Shown here: piece by piece, positions 18,280-26,859 of the stretch | How positions within the stretch are numbered: the stretch's first letter is position 1 | Layout of the letters: each line of letters starts with the position of its first letter | Assembly: GCA_002440145.1 (NCBI GenBank) | Contig: DJRS01000081.1 | Span: 1-26,859, forward strand | Reading direction: 5' to 3' | DNA: 26,859 nt | Source: Verrucomicrobia bacterium UBA6354 | GTDB taxonomy: Bacteria > Verrucomicrobiota > Kiritimatiellia > RFP12 > UBA1067 | Program-made: the position numbers and the translations under genes | Notes under the pieces: model-generated | The model's input: only the letters and a program-made list of their open reading frames with translations | Told to the model about the DNA's origin: nothing | Databases searched by the model: none

Positions 18280-19947
18280 CTAGATGTGCCGGGGCGTCTC
18301 GATGCCCAGAAGGCCAAGGCCCGTCTTCAAGACTTCGCCGAACAACGCGACAAGGCGCAGACGCGCTTGCCGCACGGCTTCGGCGCTTTTCAGAATAGGC
18401 GAATTCTGGTAAAAGCTCGAATAAAGCTGGGCGGTCTGGAAAAGATAGTCAGCCAGCACGCTCGGCTTGTAGGCGTCCGCCGCGCGCCGCACGGCCCCCG
18501 GGAACTCCAGAAGCTGCAACGCCAGGCGTTTTTCGGCCGGTTCCGTCACGTGGAACGCCCCGCCCGCCGCGGCGCCCGCGCCGGCCTTGTCCAGGAGCGA
18601 GCAGACGCGCGCATAGGCGTACTGCAGGTAGGGTCCGCTGTTGCCCTCGAGAGCCAGCGCCTTGTCCCAGCTGAAGTCGATATCCGTGATCGGGTCGTGG
18701 GAGAGGTCCGAATACTTCACCGCGCCATAGCCGATCGCTTCCGCCAAGGCTTCGTCGCCGCCCCGGTCTTTCACGATGTCGAAAGCGCGGCGTTTCGCCT
18801 CCGACAAGAGGTCGTCGAGCTTGATCAGATTGCCTTCGCGGGTCGAAATGGCCTTGCCCTGGTAGCTCATGAGGCCGAACGGCACGTGGACGAGCTGCAC
18901 ATCCGTGTACCCCATCTTGCGCGCGATGTCGAACCACTGCTTGAAATGGAGCTGCTGGCGGGCGTCCGTCACGTAGATGATGCGTTCGGGATGGTATTCC
19001 GCCACGCGGGAGGCCACGCACGCCAGGTCGCTCGTCGTGTAGTTGTAGCCGCCGTCGGACTTGCGGACGATGGCGACGCCGAGTTTTTCCTTCTCGAGAT
19101 TCACGACGAGCGCACCTTCGGACTCGACGGCCAGCCCCATCTTCTGGAGCTTTTCGACCACACCGGGCATCATCGGATTGTAGTAGGATTCGCCGCGGTA
19201 GGTGTCGAACTTGACCCCGAGTTTCGCGTACATGCGGTTGAATTCGCCGATGGAAATGTCGATAAAACGCTTCCAGAGCGCGAGATTGGCGGGGTCGCCC
19301 TGCTGGAGTTTGACGAGTTCCGCGCGGCAGGCGTCCTTCCAGGCGCCGTCCGCCTCCTTCGCCTTCGCCGCGGAAAGAACGTAGCACTTCTCGAGGTTCG
19401 CGACCGTCAGGTTCGCGCGCTCTTCGTCCGTCAGCAATTCCCGGTAGCCCTTGATGAGGATGCCGAACTGCGTCCCCCAGTCCCCCAGATGGTTGTCGGC
19501 GACGACCCGGTAGCCCAGCGCGCGGAAGATGCGGTCCAGCGCATTGCCGATGACCGTCGAGCGGATGTGGCCGATGTGCATTTGCTTGGCGGCGTTCGGC
19601 GAGGAATAGTCGATGACGACCGTCTTGCCCACGCCCGTCTGGGGGATGCCGCACTTCGGGAGCGCGGCAAACGATTCCAGCGCCGAATCGAGCCACTCCC
19701 CCGAAACGGTCAGGTTGAGGAAGCCCGGGCCGGCTATCTCCGTCTTCAACGCGGAGGGGATGTGCGCCGCGACCTTCTCCGCCACGTCCCGGGGCTTCAT
19801 CTTGAACTTCTTCGCGAGTTTCAGCGCGTCGTTGCACTGATAGTCGCCGAACCGCGGATCCGTCGCCGGGACGACCTTTACAAAACCGAAATCCTCGCCC
19901 GGGAAAGCCTGCGCAAACGCCGCGCGGATACACTCATTCAAATCCAT
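18280..19947 (-). CDS. argS: Arginine--tRNA ligase, 555 aa
   Basis: FGDYQCN, AGPGFLN, DYSSPNAAKQMHIGHIRST (HIGH), GDWGTQFG, GNSGPYLQYAYAR. Confidence 0.98.
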   Translation of the reverse strand: MDLNECIRAAFAQAFPGEDFGFVKVVPATDPRFGDYQCNDALKLAKKFKMKPRDVAEKVAAHIPSALKTEIAGPGFLNLTVSGEWLDSALESFAALPKCGIPQTGVGKTVVIDYSSPNAAKQMHIGHIRSTVIGNALDRIFRALGYRVVADNHLGDWGTQFGILIKGYRELLTDEERANLTVANLEKCYVLSAAKAKEADGAWKDACRAELVKLQQGDPANLALWKRFIDISIGEFNRMYAKLGVKFDTYRGESYYNPMMPGVVEKLQKMGLAVESEGALVVNLEKEKLGVAIVRKSDGGYNYTTSDLACVASRVAEYHPERIIYVTDARQQLHFKQWFDIARKMGYTDVQLVHVPFGLMSYQGKAISTREGNLIKLDDLLSEAKRRAFDIVKDRGGDEALAEAIGYGAVKYSDLSHDPITDIDFSWDKALALEGNSGPYLQYAYARVCSLLDKAGAGAAAGGAFHVTEPAEKRLALQLLEFPGAVRRAADAYKPSVLADYLFQTAQLYSSFYQNSPILKSAEAVRQARLRLVALFGEVLKTGLGLLGIETPRHI

Positions 19948-19961
19948 TCTGACCCACCTTC

Positions 19962-21341
19962 TTATTTGCCGACATTCAAGACCTTGAAGCCGATTTCTTC
20001 CAGTTTGCCGCGGTCGAGGCAGTTGCGCGTATCGTAGACGAGCGCGGGCTTGCGCATGGAATCGTAGAGCCCCTGCCAGTCGAGCTGCGGATATTGCTTC
20101 CAGTCCGTCATCAGCAGAATGGCGTCCGCGTCCACCGCCGCGGCGTAGGGATCCTCCTCGAAAACGAGCGCGTCAGGCGCCTGGCGCGCCGCCTCTTCGG
20201 CCAGATCGGCCAGATCGCGCCGCGCGTTCGCAAGCGCCTTCGGGTCGGTGATCGCGAGCCGCACGTGTTCCTCGCGCAAGAGCCGCACGACCGTCCCCGC
20301 CGGCGTTTCGCGCGTGTCGCCGGTGTCCGCCTTGAACGCGAAGCCGAAGACGGCGATTTTCTTGTTCGCGAGCGTGTTGAACATCGCCTTGAAGAGACGC
20401 GACACGATGCGCTCCTGCTGGTGGTCGTTCATCACGATGACCTGCGACCAGTAGTCCGCCGCGGTGTGGAGGCCGAACGTCTCGCAGAGATAGACGAGAT
20501 TGAGCACGTCCTTCTTGAAGCAGCTGCCGCCGAAACCCGGACCTGCCTTCAGGAATTTCGGCCCGATGCGGTGGTCCGCCCCCATGACCTTCGCGACTTC
20601 GTCCACGTCAGCCCCCGTCGCCTCGCAAAGCCCGGCGATCGCGTTGATGGAGGAAACGCGCTGGGCGAGGAAGGCGTTGGCCGCCAGTTTCGTGAGCTCC
20701 GCGCTCCAGACGTTCGTCGTCAGGATCTTCTCCCGCGGAACCCACGCGGCATACACGTCCACAAGCGCCGCGACGGCCTCCTTGCCCGCCGGGGTCTCGG
20801 GCCCGCCCACGAGCACGCGGTCCGGCTCCAGCAGATCCTTGATCGCCGTGCCTTCGGCCAGGAATTCCGGATTGGAGAGGACGGTGAAGACATGTTCGGC
20901 ATGGTCGTTCAGGATCGCGTCCATCGCCGCGGCCGTGCGCACGGGGAGCGTCGACTTCTCGACGATGATCTTGTCGCCCTTGGCGAAGGACTTTATTTCG
21001 CGCGCGGTGGCCTCCCAGTACTGCAGGTCGCTCGCGCGTCCCTTGCCGCGTCCGAACATCTTCGTCGGGGTGTTCACGCCCACGAAGACGATGTCGCACG
21101 CCTTCACCGCCGCGGCGATGTCCGTCGTGAAGAAAAGATTCTTTCCGCGAACCTCGCGGACCACATCCACAAGACCGGGCTCGTAGATCGGCAAGGCGAA
21201 ATCGGGCGAATTCCACGCCGCGATGCGCCGGGCATCGATATCCACGACCATGACCTTCCGGTCCGGATTCATCTTCGCGACGACCGCCATGGTGGGACCG
21301 CCTATGTACCCCGCCCCGATGCAGACAATATCTCTATTCAT
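19962..21341 (-). CDS. ugd: UDP-glucose 6-dehydrogenase, 459 aa
   Basis: CIGAGYIGGPT, PIYEPGL, VEKSTLPV, SNPEFLAEG, catalytic GFGGSCFKKD, FAFKADTGDTRE. Confidence 0.95.
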   Translation of the reverse strand: MNRDIVCIGAGYIGGPTMAVVAKMNPDRKVMVVDIDARRIAAWNSPDFALPIYEPGLVDVVREVRGKNLFFTTDIAAAVKACDIVFVGVNTPTKMFGRGKGRASDLQYWEATAREIKSFAKGDKIIVEKSTLPVRTAAAMDAILNDHAEHVFTVLSNPEFLAEGTAIKDLLEPDRVLVGGPETPAGKEAVAALVDVYAAWVPREKILTTNVWSAELTKLAANAFLAQRVSSINAIAGLCEATGADVDEVAKVMGADHRIGPKFLKAGPGFGGSCFKKDVLNLVYLCETFGLHTAADYWSQVIVMNDHQQERIVSRLFKAMFNTLANKKIAVFGFAFKADTGDTRETPAGTVVRLLREEHVRLAITDPKALANARRDLADLAEEAARQAPDALVFEEDPYAAAVDADAILLMTDWKQYPQLDWQGLYDSMRKPALVYDTRNCLDRGKLEEIGFKVLNVGK

Positions 21342-21348
21342 GCGCATT

Positions 21349-21376
21349 ATTATACCATAATCGGGCGAACATGCAA
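21349..21376 (-). promoter_or_regulatory. ugd promoter (TTGCAT-16-TATAAT, extended TG)
   Basis: TGGTATAAT 7 nt before ATG 21341. Confidence 0.7.
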
Positions 21377-21614
21377 AACGGCGCATCACGGAAAAAGCGC
21401 ATCGAAAAGCGTATCCTGTCGCAAGACACCCGGTACAGGTCGTTCCGAGGGGTGGAGAGCGAGGGTCAAAAAGGGGAAGGAACGGCCGAGAAAGCGGAAG
21501 GCAAGAGCCCGCAAGAACCGCCCCTGGGGGGCAGTACCCCGTCTAGGCGCGGTCTGAAACGCCCCTTGCACTTGCGGAACCGCCCAAACCCCTGTTTCCG
21601 CAATGACGGTCTTT

Positions 21615-22184
21615 TCAACCTCTACGCGAGAACTCGCATCCGCAATAGCCCTGGCGGTAGAGCCCGAGTTCCGCGGCGCGCTTGACGGACAACTTGAATC
21701 CTTCCTTCTTCTTGAAGTCCTCTTTCAGGAGGACCGGCGCGAACGCGGCGGAACCTCCGCACGTCTTTGTCGCCGAGCACCAGGCCGCATCCTCGCCCGC
21801 GGCGAATACGCGCGCACTTGGCTTGTGGGGGCTGACGGTAAGCGATGTCGCGACAGCGTCAAAGCCATGTTCCGCGGCATAGGCGAAGGTCCGCGTCAAG
21901 CTGAACCGGAAACAGCGGTCGCACCGGCGCCCCTTCTCGGGTTCGCCCTCAAATCCGACGGCGACATCCGCCAGCCAGCGCGCATGATCGTACGGGTCGG
22001 TCAGAAGCGGCACGCCATCCGCCGCGGCCAACGTCCGCGCCGCCGCTTCGCGCCGCGCAAATTCCTCCGCCGTGTCGATATTCGAGTTGGAAAAGAAAAG
22101 CGCGACCGAATGGCCTTGTCCCTTCAAGCGCGGCACGCAGGCGCTGGCACACGGTCCGCAACAGGCATGGAGGAGCACTCTCAC
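21615..22184 (-). CDS. queH: Epoxyqueuosine reductase QueH, 189 aa
   Basis: GTG overlapping panB TGA; LLHACCGPC, PEKGRRCDRCF, TSLTVSPHK, LYRQGYCGCEFS. Confidence 0.92.
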   Translation of the reverse strand: MRVLLHACCGPCASACVPRLKGQGHSVALFFSNSNIDTAEEFARREAAARTLAAADGVPLLTDPYDHARWLADVAVGFEGEPEKGRRCDRCFRFSLTRTFAYAAEHGFDAVATSLTVSPHKPSARVFAAGEDAAWCSATKTCGGSAAFAPVLLKEDFKKKEGFKLSVKRAAELGLYRQGYCGCEFSRRG

Positions 22185-22960
22185 CTGGAGGGGAACGTCC
22201 CGTCCGCCACGTCTTTCACATAGGCGGCAAAAGCGCCACGCACCGTTTCGGCAAGGCGGGCATACTGTTTCACGAAGGACGGGACCTGCCCGTTCAATCC
22301 AAGGAGGTCGTGCATGACGAGCCATTGGGCGTCGCAGACGGGCCCTGCGCCGATGCCGACCGTGACCGCCGGAACCGCCGCGGTGATTTCCGCCGCCAAA
22401 TCGGAAGGGACGCACTCCAGCGTGACGGCGAACGCCCCGGCTTCCACGACGGCCTGCGCATCTTTGTATATGCGCGCAGCCTCTTCGCGTGTCTTGCCCT
22501 GTTTCTTGAATCCGCCGTAGAGATTGACGCTTTGCGGACACAGGCCGACATGCCCCATCACGGGGATTCCGGCGGACACAAGCCGTTTGACGAGCGATGC
22601 GCAGGGGGCGCCGCCCTCGAGTTTCACCGCATCCGCACCGGCTTTCAGGCAGGCCACAGCGTTTTCAACCGCCTTGTCCTCGCCGCACTGGTAGCTGCCG
22701 AACGGCAGATCGGCGACGACAAGCGCATCCTTCGCGCCGCGCACGACGGCGGCTGTCGCCCGAAGCGTATCGTCGATCGTCACCGGCAGGGTCGTCCCGT
22801 AGCCCAGCACGTTGTTGCCCATCGAGTCCCCGACCAGGATCATCGGAACGCCCGCCTCGTCCGCCAGCCGCGCGAACGCGGCGTCGTAGGCCGTCACGCA
22901 CCCCAGCTTCCGCCGTCCTTTTGTCGCGCAAACCGCCGCGATATTCCATTTCTTCGCCAT
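22181..22960 (-). CDS. panB: 3-methyl-2-oxobutanoate hydroxymethyltransferase, 259 aa
   Basis: TAYDA, LVGDSMG, VADLPFGSY, VKLEGG, GHVGLCPQ, GIGAG. Confidence 0.97.
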   Translation of the reverse strand: MAKKWNIAAVCATKGRRKLGCVTAYDAAFARLADEAGVPMILVGDSMGNNVLGYGTTLPVTIDDTLRATAAVVRGAKDALVVADLPFGSYQCGEDKAVENAVACLKAGADAVKLEGGAPCASLVKRLVSAGIPVMGHVGLCPQSVNLYGGFKKQGKTREEAARIYKDAQAVVEAGAFAVTLECVPSDLAAEITAAVPAVTVGIGAGPVCDAQWLVMHDLLGLNGQVPSFVKQYARLAETVRGAFAAYVKDVADGTFPSR

Positions 22961-22972
22961 CTTCGCGTCTCC

Positions 22973-24130
22973 TCAGTGTATGTTGCCGCGGCTCGGATGG
23001 CTCTTCGCCTTCGGCTTCTCCAATTTCAGGAACGTCGCGAATTTGAGCGCCTCCGCCGGAATCTCGTCGCCCGTCGTGTCGGGCATGTCCTTGAGGTCGG
23101 GGGCCTGCGCGTGGGTATGGTGGAAGCGCGTCTCGGGCTTCACAATGCCGCGCAGGGCCGCCTTGAACGCCTCAAGCCCCGTGTGCGTCCGGCAGGAGAC
23201 CGCCAACGGCTCGACACCCGTCTCCGCGATGAAGCGCGGCAGATTCTCCTGCGCCGCCGCCTCGTCCATCTTGTTGGCGACGACCAGCGCGGGCCGGCCG
23301 GCCAGTTCGACCGAGTAGTCCGAAATCTCCTTTTTGAGGACCTCGTAGTCCCGCCAGGGTTCGCGACCGTCGGTCCCGGCCATGTCGATGACGTAGACGA
23401 GCGCTTTCGAGCGCTCCAGATGGCGCAGGAAGGCCAGCCCCAGCCCCACGCCTTTCGCCGCACCCTCGATGATCCCCGGCACGTCGGCCATGCGCACCTT
23501 GGCATAGTCGTCGTAGACGACCGTCCCCACCATGGGATTGATCGTCGTGAACGGGTAGCTCGCGATCTTCGGCGTCGCCGCGGAAAGAACGGACAAAAGG
23601 GAACTCTTGCCGGCATTGGGGAAACCGAGCAGCCCCGCATCGGCGATCGTCTTCAGCTCCAGGCGCAACCGCTTCTCTTCCGGCTCGCCGCCGGGCGTAT
23701 GTTCCGTCGGCGCCTGGTTGACGGCCGTCTTGAAATGCACGTTCCCGTAGCCGCCCGCGCCGCCTTTCGCGACGACGACCGACTGCCCCGGTTCGGTGAT
23801 GTCGGCCACCAGAAGCCCGGTCTCCGCGTCGTAGACCTCCGTCCCGAGCGGGACCGGCACGACAAGATCTTTTCCGCGCTTGCCGTACATCTTCTGCCCC
23901 TTGCCGCCCTCGCCGTCCTGCGCGTAGCATTTGGGGTCGTAATACAGATTCAAAAGCGAGTTGATATGCTCCGACGCCTTGAAGACGACGTCGCCGCCAC
24001 GTCCGCCGTCGCCGCCGTCCGGTCCGCCAAACGCCACGAGCGCTTCGCGGCGCATGGACATGGCGCCGTCGCCTCCACGCCCCGAACGGACCTGGACCTC
24101 TACCTGATCTATAAACGTTTTCGCCTTCAT
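22973..24130 (-). CDS. obgE: GTPase ObgE/CgtA, 385 aa
   Basis: FIDQV...GGPDGGDGGRGG Obg domain, GFPNAGKSS, YPFTT, DVPG, ANKMD. Confidence 0.97.
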   Translation of the reverse strand: MKAKTFIDQVEVQVRSGRGGDGAMSMRREALVAFGGPDGGDGGRGGDVVFKASEHINSLLNLYYDPKCYAQDGEGGKGQKMYGKRGKDLVVPVPLGTEVYDAETGLLVADITEPGQSVVVAKGGAGGYGNVHFKTAVNQAPTEHTPGGEPEEKRLRLELKTIADAGLLGFPNAGKSSLLSVLSAATPKIASYPFTTINPMVGTVVYDDYAKVRMADVPGIIEGAAKGVGLGLAFLRHLERSKALVYVIDMAGTDGREPWRDYEVLKKEISDYSVELAGRPALVVANKMDEAAAQENLPRFIAETGVEPLAVSCRTHTGLEAFKAALRGIVKPETRFHHTHAQAPDLKDMPDTTGDEIPAEALKFATFLKLEKPKAKSHPSRGNIH

Positions 24131-24140
24131 AGTGGAGGAT

Positions 24141-24149
24141 ATTATACCA
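24141..24149 (-). promoter_or_regulatory. Extended -10 promoter of obgE-panB-queH
   Basis: TGGTATAAT 10 nt before ATG 24130, no SD. Confidence 0.7.
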
Positions 24150-24169
24150 TATTTGGACGCCGAACGGTC

Positions 24170-24212
24170 AAAAGAAACGTGCGCCACCTTCCGGGGGCGC
24201 ACGTTTTTCTTT
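24170..24212 (-). terminator. Intrinsic terminator after rplI
   Basis: Stem AAACGTGCGCC (24175-24185) / GGCGCACGTTT (24196-24206), T-rich tails on both strands. Confidence 0.8.
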
Positions 24213-24229
24213 GCGATTCCGCGCCGGAC

Positions 24230-24700
24230 TCAGGCCTCGGCGGCCGTCTGTTCGTCGAGAATCGTGATCTTGAACTTGACGAGGACGCCATGACCGAGGT
24301 CGATCGTCGCGTCATACTCGCCGACTTCGCGGAGCGAGTCCTCGATCGAGAGCTGGCTGCGGGCGATCTTGATGCCGCGGTTCGCCTCGATCGCCGCGAG
24401 AAGATCGCTGACGCTGATCGCGCCGTAGAGCTTCTTGCCGTCGGTCGTCGGGGCGGACACGGTGAGTTCGAGCTTCGCGAGCTTCTTGGCGACTTCAAGA
24501 GCCGCCTTCTTCTCCTCGGCCGCACGCGCCGCGCGCTCGGCTTCGAGCTTGCGGAGCTTGCGCTTGGCCGCTTCCGTCGCGACCGCCGCGAGACCCTTCG
24601 GGAAGAGGCAATTGCGCGCGTAGCCGGGGGCGACCTTGACGATCTCGCCGGCCTTGCCGAGCTTCTTCACGTTGTCCATGAGCATGACTTCGATATGCAT
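24230..24700 (-). CDS. rplI: 50S ribosomal protein L9, 156 aa
   Basis: LGKAGEIVKVAPGYARNCLFPKGLA, KLYGAIS; RBS AAAGGAG. Confidence 0.96.
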   Translation of the reverse strand: MHIEVMLMDNVKKLGKAGEIVKVAPGYARNCLFPKGLAAVATEAAKRKLRKLEAERAARAAEEKKAALEVAKKLAKLELTVSAPTTDGKKLYGAISVSDLLAAIEANRGIKIARSQLSIEDSLREVGEYDATIDLGHGVLVKFKITILDEQTAAEA

Positions 24701-24717
24701 TTCAATGCTCCTTTCGC

Positions 24718-24948
24718 TTAGGCCATGAGCCCCATGTTGCGGGCGCGCTTGACGCCCTGGCGGATCTGGCGCTGCTGGGCGGCGGTGACGCCGGTGATGC
24801 GGGCGGGCAGAATCTTGCCGTAGTCCGTGATGTAGTACTTGAGCGTCTCGATGTCGTTGATGTCGATCGAGTCCTTCGGACCGAGCGGCGGACGCTTGCG
24901 CGCGGCGAATTCCTCGCCTGCGGATGAATTGGATTTCTTGAAAGCCAT
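24718..24948 (-). CDS. rpsR: 30S ribosomal protein S18, 76 aa
   Basis: IDINDIETLKYYITDYGKILPARITG...KRARNMGLM; RBS AAAGGA. Confidence 0.95.
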   Translation of the reverse strand: MAFKKSNSSAGEEFAARKRPPLGPKDSIDINDIETLKYYITDYGKILPARITGVTAAQQRQIRQGVKRARNMGLMA

Positions 24949-24980
24949 TTCGGATTTCCTTTGAAAATAGTTTACTGTTG

Positions 24981-25433
24981 TCAGAACGGAATGTTGTCCG
25001 GGTCGTTCTCCAGCGGTTCCGCGGACGCCACCGGGGCGGGAATCGCCGCGGCGGCTTCGCCTTCGGAGAGAGGTTGACGCACAATCCCGCCCGCCAGGCG
25101 TTCGCCCTGCGGCAGGAACTTGATTGTGGAGGCGCGGACTTTCAGTTTCTGGTGCCGCACGCCGTCTTTCTCCCACGTATCCATCTGCAGGCGACCTTCC
25201 ACAAGGATCGTGCGCCCTTTGGTCAGATACTGTCCGCACAGTTCGGCCAGCTTGTCCCAGGCGTCCACGTCCACAAAGACGGGGAAATCCAGGAGTTGGC
25301 CGTTGCGGTCCTTCCGGCGCTCGTTCACGGCGAGTCCGAGGCGCGCGACTTTCATGCCGGTCGTACCGGTGGCGCGCACGTCGGGATCCCGCGTGAGGTT
25401 GCCCATCAGAATCACTCTATTGAACGAAGCCAT
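24981..25433 (-). CDS. ssb: Single-stranded DNA-binding protein, 150 aa
   Basis: NRVILMGNLTRDPD, VEGRLQ, C-terminal DNIPF. Confidence 0.97.
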   Translation of the reverse strand: MASFNRVILMGNLTRDPDVRATGTTGMKVARLGLAVNERRKDRNGQLLDFPVFVDVDAWDKLAELCGQYLTKGRTILVEGRLQMDTWEKDGVRHQKLKVRASTIKFLPQGERLAGGIVRQPLSEGEAAAAIPAPVASAEPLENDPDNIPF

Positions 25434-25455
25434 GACGTACTTCCGTTATCCAAGG

Positions 25456-25845
25456 TCAAGCCTGCGCAACCTCCGCCTCGGCGGCCTGTTCGGCGACTTC
25501 CTTGCGCGCCAGACGCGCGGCACGGGCCTCGCGCTCGGCGGCGAGCTTCTCCTCGCGACGCTCGTCCACCGCGAGAACCTGCACGCGGAAGACTTCTTCG
25601 ACCAGGTGGTAGCGGTTGATCAGCTCTTCGACCTTGGACGGATCGAGCTCCACGCGCACTTTCACGTAGACGCCGTTCTCCTTCTTCGACATCGGGTGCG
25701 CGAACGTGCGCTTGCCGAGCGATTCCGTCGAAAGAACCGTACCGCCCAGGCGCGTCACTTCCGCCAAAGCCTTCTCGAGGTTCGCGTTGAGGACGTCGTC
25801 GCGCGAAACGCCGACGAAGATGTAAAGGATATCGTACTTCTTCAT
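25456..25845 (-). CDS. rpsF: 30S ribosomal protein S6, 129 aa
   Basis: MKKYDILYIF, LGKRTFAHPM, GVYV; position before ssb-rpsR-rplI. Confidence 0.93.
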   Translation of the reverse strand: MKKYDILYIFVGVSRDDVLNANLEKALAEVTRLGGTVLSTESLGKRTFAHPMSKKENGVYVKVRVELDPSKVEELINRYHLVEEVFRVQVLAVDERREEKLAAEREARAARLARKEVAEQAAEAEVAQA

Positions 25846-26531
25846 TACTTCTTCTCCTCCTTCTTGGCGGAATCGGCGGCCTTGGCCTCGTCTTCCTTGC
25901 CCTTCTTGATGACCTCGGGCGTCGCCGCGGTCGCATCCGCCGCGCCTGCCGCGCCCGGCGTCGCCGCCACGTCGTCCGGAGCCTTGACGACGGCCACGGC
26001 CAATTCGCCGCGCGTCACGATCGTCTGCTTTTCGCCCAGCTGCAGGTCGCGCACAAAGAGCGTCTGGTCGAGTCCGAGCTTGGAGACGTCGACTTCGAAC
26101 TTCTCGGCGATGTCCGTCGGGAGGCAGTCGACTTCGATCGTGCGCAGCACCTGTTCGAGAACGCCGCCGCCGAGCTTCACGCCGACCGCTTCGCCCACGA
26201 GGTACAGCGGCACCGTGACGCGGACCTTCTCGGTCAGCGACACTTCGCTGAAATCCACATGGATGGGAGTACCCGCCAGGACGTCGTTCTGCATTTCACG
26301 CATGAGCGCCGGAACCTCGGTACCGTTCATGTCCAGCGTAACCAACAGCTGCTTGCTCGCATGGCCACGCATCGCCATCATGAAGTCGTGCGCCGGCATC
26401 TTGATAAGTTCCGTACCGCCCTTCTTCATCTTCATCACGCTGCCGGGGATCATCCCCGTGCGGCGCAAACGGCGGACCGCGCCCGTACCCTGTTCGGTAC
26501 GCGCTTCCGCCTTGATCTTGATCTTATCCAT
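25845..26531 (-). CDS. rplY: 50S ribosomal protein L25 (long Ctc form), 228 aa
   Basis: RRLRRTGMIPG, PIHVDF, VPLYLVGEAVGVKLGG, PEVIKKGK. Confidence 0.95.
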   Translation of the reverse strand: MDKIKIKAEARTEQGTGAVRRLRRTGMIPGSVMKMKKGGTELIKMPAHDFMMAMRGHASKQLLVTLDMNGTEVPALMREMQNDVLAGTPIHVDFSEVSLTEKVRVTVPLYLVGEAVGVKLGGGVLEQVLRTIEVDCLPTDIAEKFEVDVSKLGLDQTLFVRDLQLGEKQTIVTRGELAVAVVKAPDDVAATPGAAGAADATAATPEVIKKGKEDEAKAADSAKKEEKK

Positions 26532-26603
26532 TCTTTTCTTTCTTCGTTGTGACCGCCTGCTCTCGCGCACTCTACGCTACCCTCCGCGGCAAAACTGTTG
26601 GAG

Positions 26604-26633
26604 ATTATACCAAATTCAGCGGCTGATATGCAA
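26604..26633 (-). promoter_or_regulatory. Promoter of rplY-rpsF-ssb-rpsR-rplI (TTGCAT-18-TATAAT, extended TG)
   Basis: TGGTATAAT at 26612-26604, about 70 nt upstream of the rplY start. Confidence 0.7.
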
Positions 26634-26859
26634 GCCAAAAATGCAAGAAACCGGTCACGGAGAATTGTCTGCCTGCCCAAAAGCAAACGAAAGATTTTCG
26701 GTCAAACCCCGCACAGAGGCGAACGGCAAGATGGCGGGCGGAGCGTGCGAAGCCGCCAGGCGGACCGTCGGGGGAGCCTTTTGCGCCCGTCGGCGACCAT
26801 TCCCCCAAGAGAGGTGGGGCGGCGTTTCAAGGAAACCGCATCGCCGTTCCGGCGCAACG

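Noticed and set aside
21615..22541. 308-aa QueH
   Set aside because: Extension overlaps panB; homology starts at GTG 22184.
24230..25239. N-terminally extended L9 (284 aa) and S18 (173 aa)
   Set aside because: Extensions overlap neighbouring genes out of frame; RBS-supported starts are 24700 and 24948.
57..25619. Long plus-strand ORFs (e.g. 57..1622, 1586..3700, 4440..6914, 11074..13212, 22310..24721)
   Set aside because: Antisense shadows of high-GC genes, Arg/Pro-rich with no motifs; only 16543..17673 is credible.
26640..26859. tRNA or gene upstream of rplY; GCAAACGAAAGATTTT as a third operator copy
   Set aside because: No cloverleaf or credible ORF; the motif match is short, gapped and in the wrong orientation and spacing.

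Overview
High-GC bacterial chromosomal window; gene style and content suggest PVC superphylum, probably Kiritimatiellae (inference). Left 17.7 kb is an accessory carbohydrate-utilisation locus. It holds seven minus-strand genes with apparent signal peptides (GH106 rhamnosidase-like, GH65/95-like, clan GH-A enzyme with an inserted domain, FGE-sulfatase-fold protein, 88-aa secreted protein, GH5-like, DUF5696-DUF6259-like fusion), an SDR-MFS-DgoD-like dehydratase operon, and a divergent XylR-type regulator. A 36-bp box sits exactly 22 bp from the -10 of both operons. The fusion gene carries a G11 tract and a 1-nt frameshift. A 7-unit, 23-bp-period array of 16-bp palindromes lies at the boundary with the housekeeping block (argS, ugd, queH, panB, obgE, rplI, rpsR, ssb, rpsF, rplY). 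Several genes appear leaderless. No tRNA, rRNA, CRISPR or transposase seen. All family calls come from motif recognition, not database searches.
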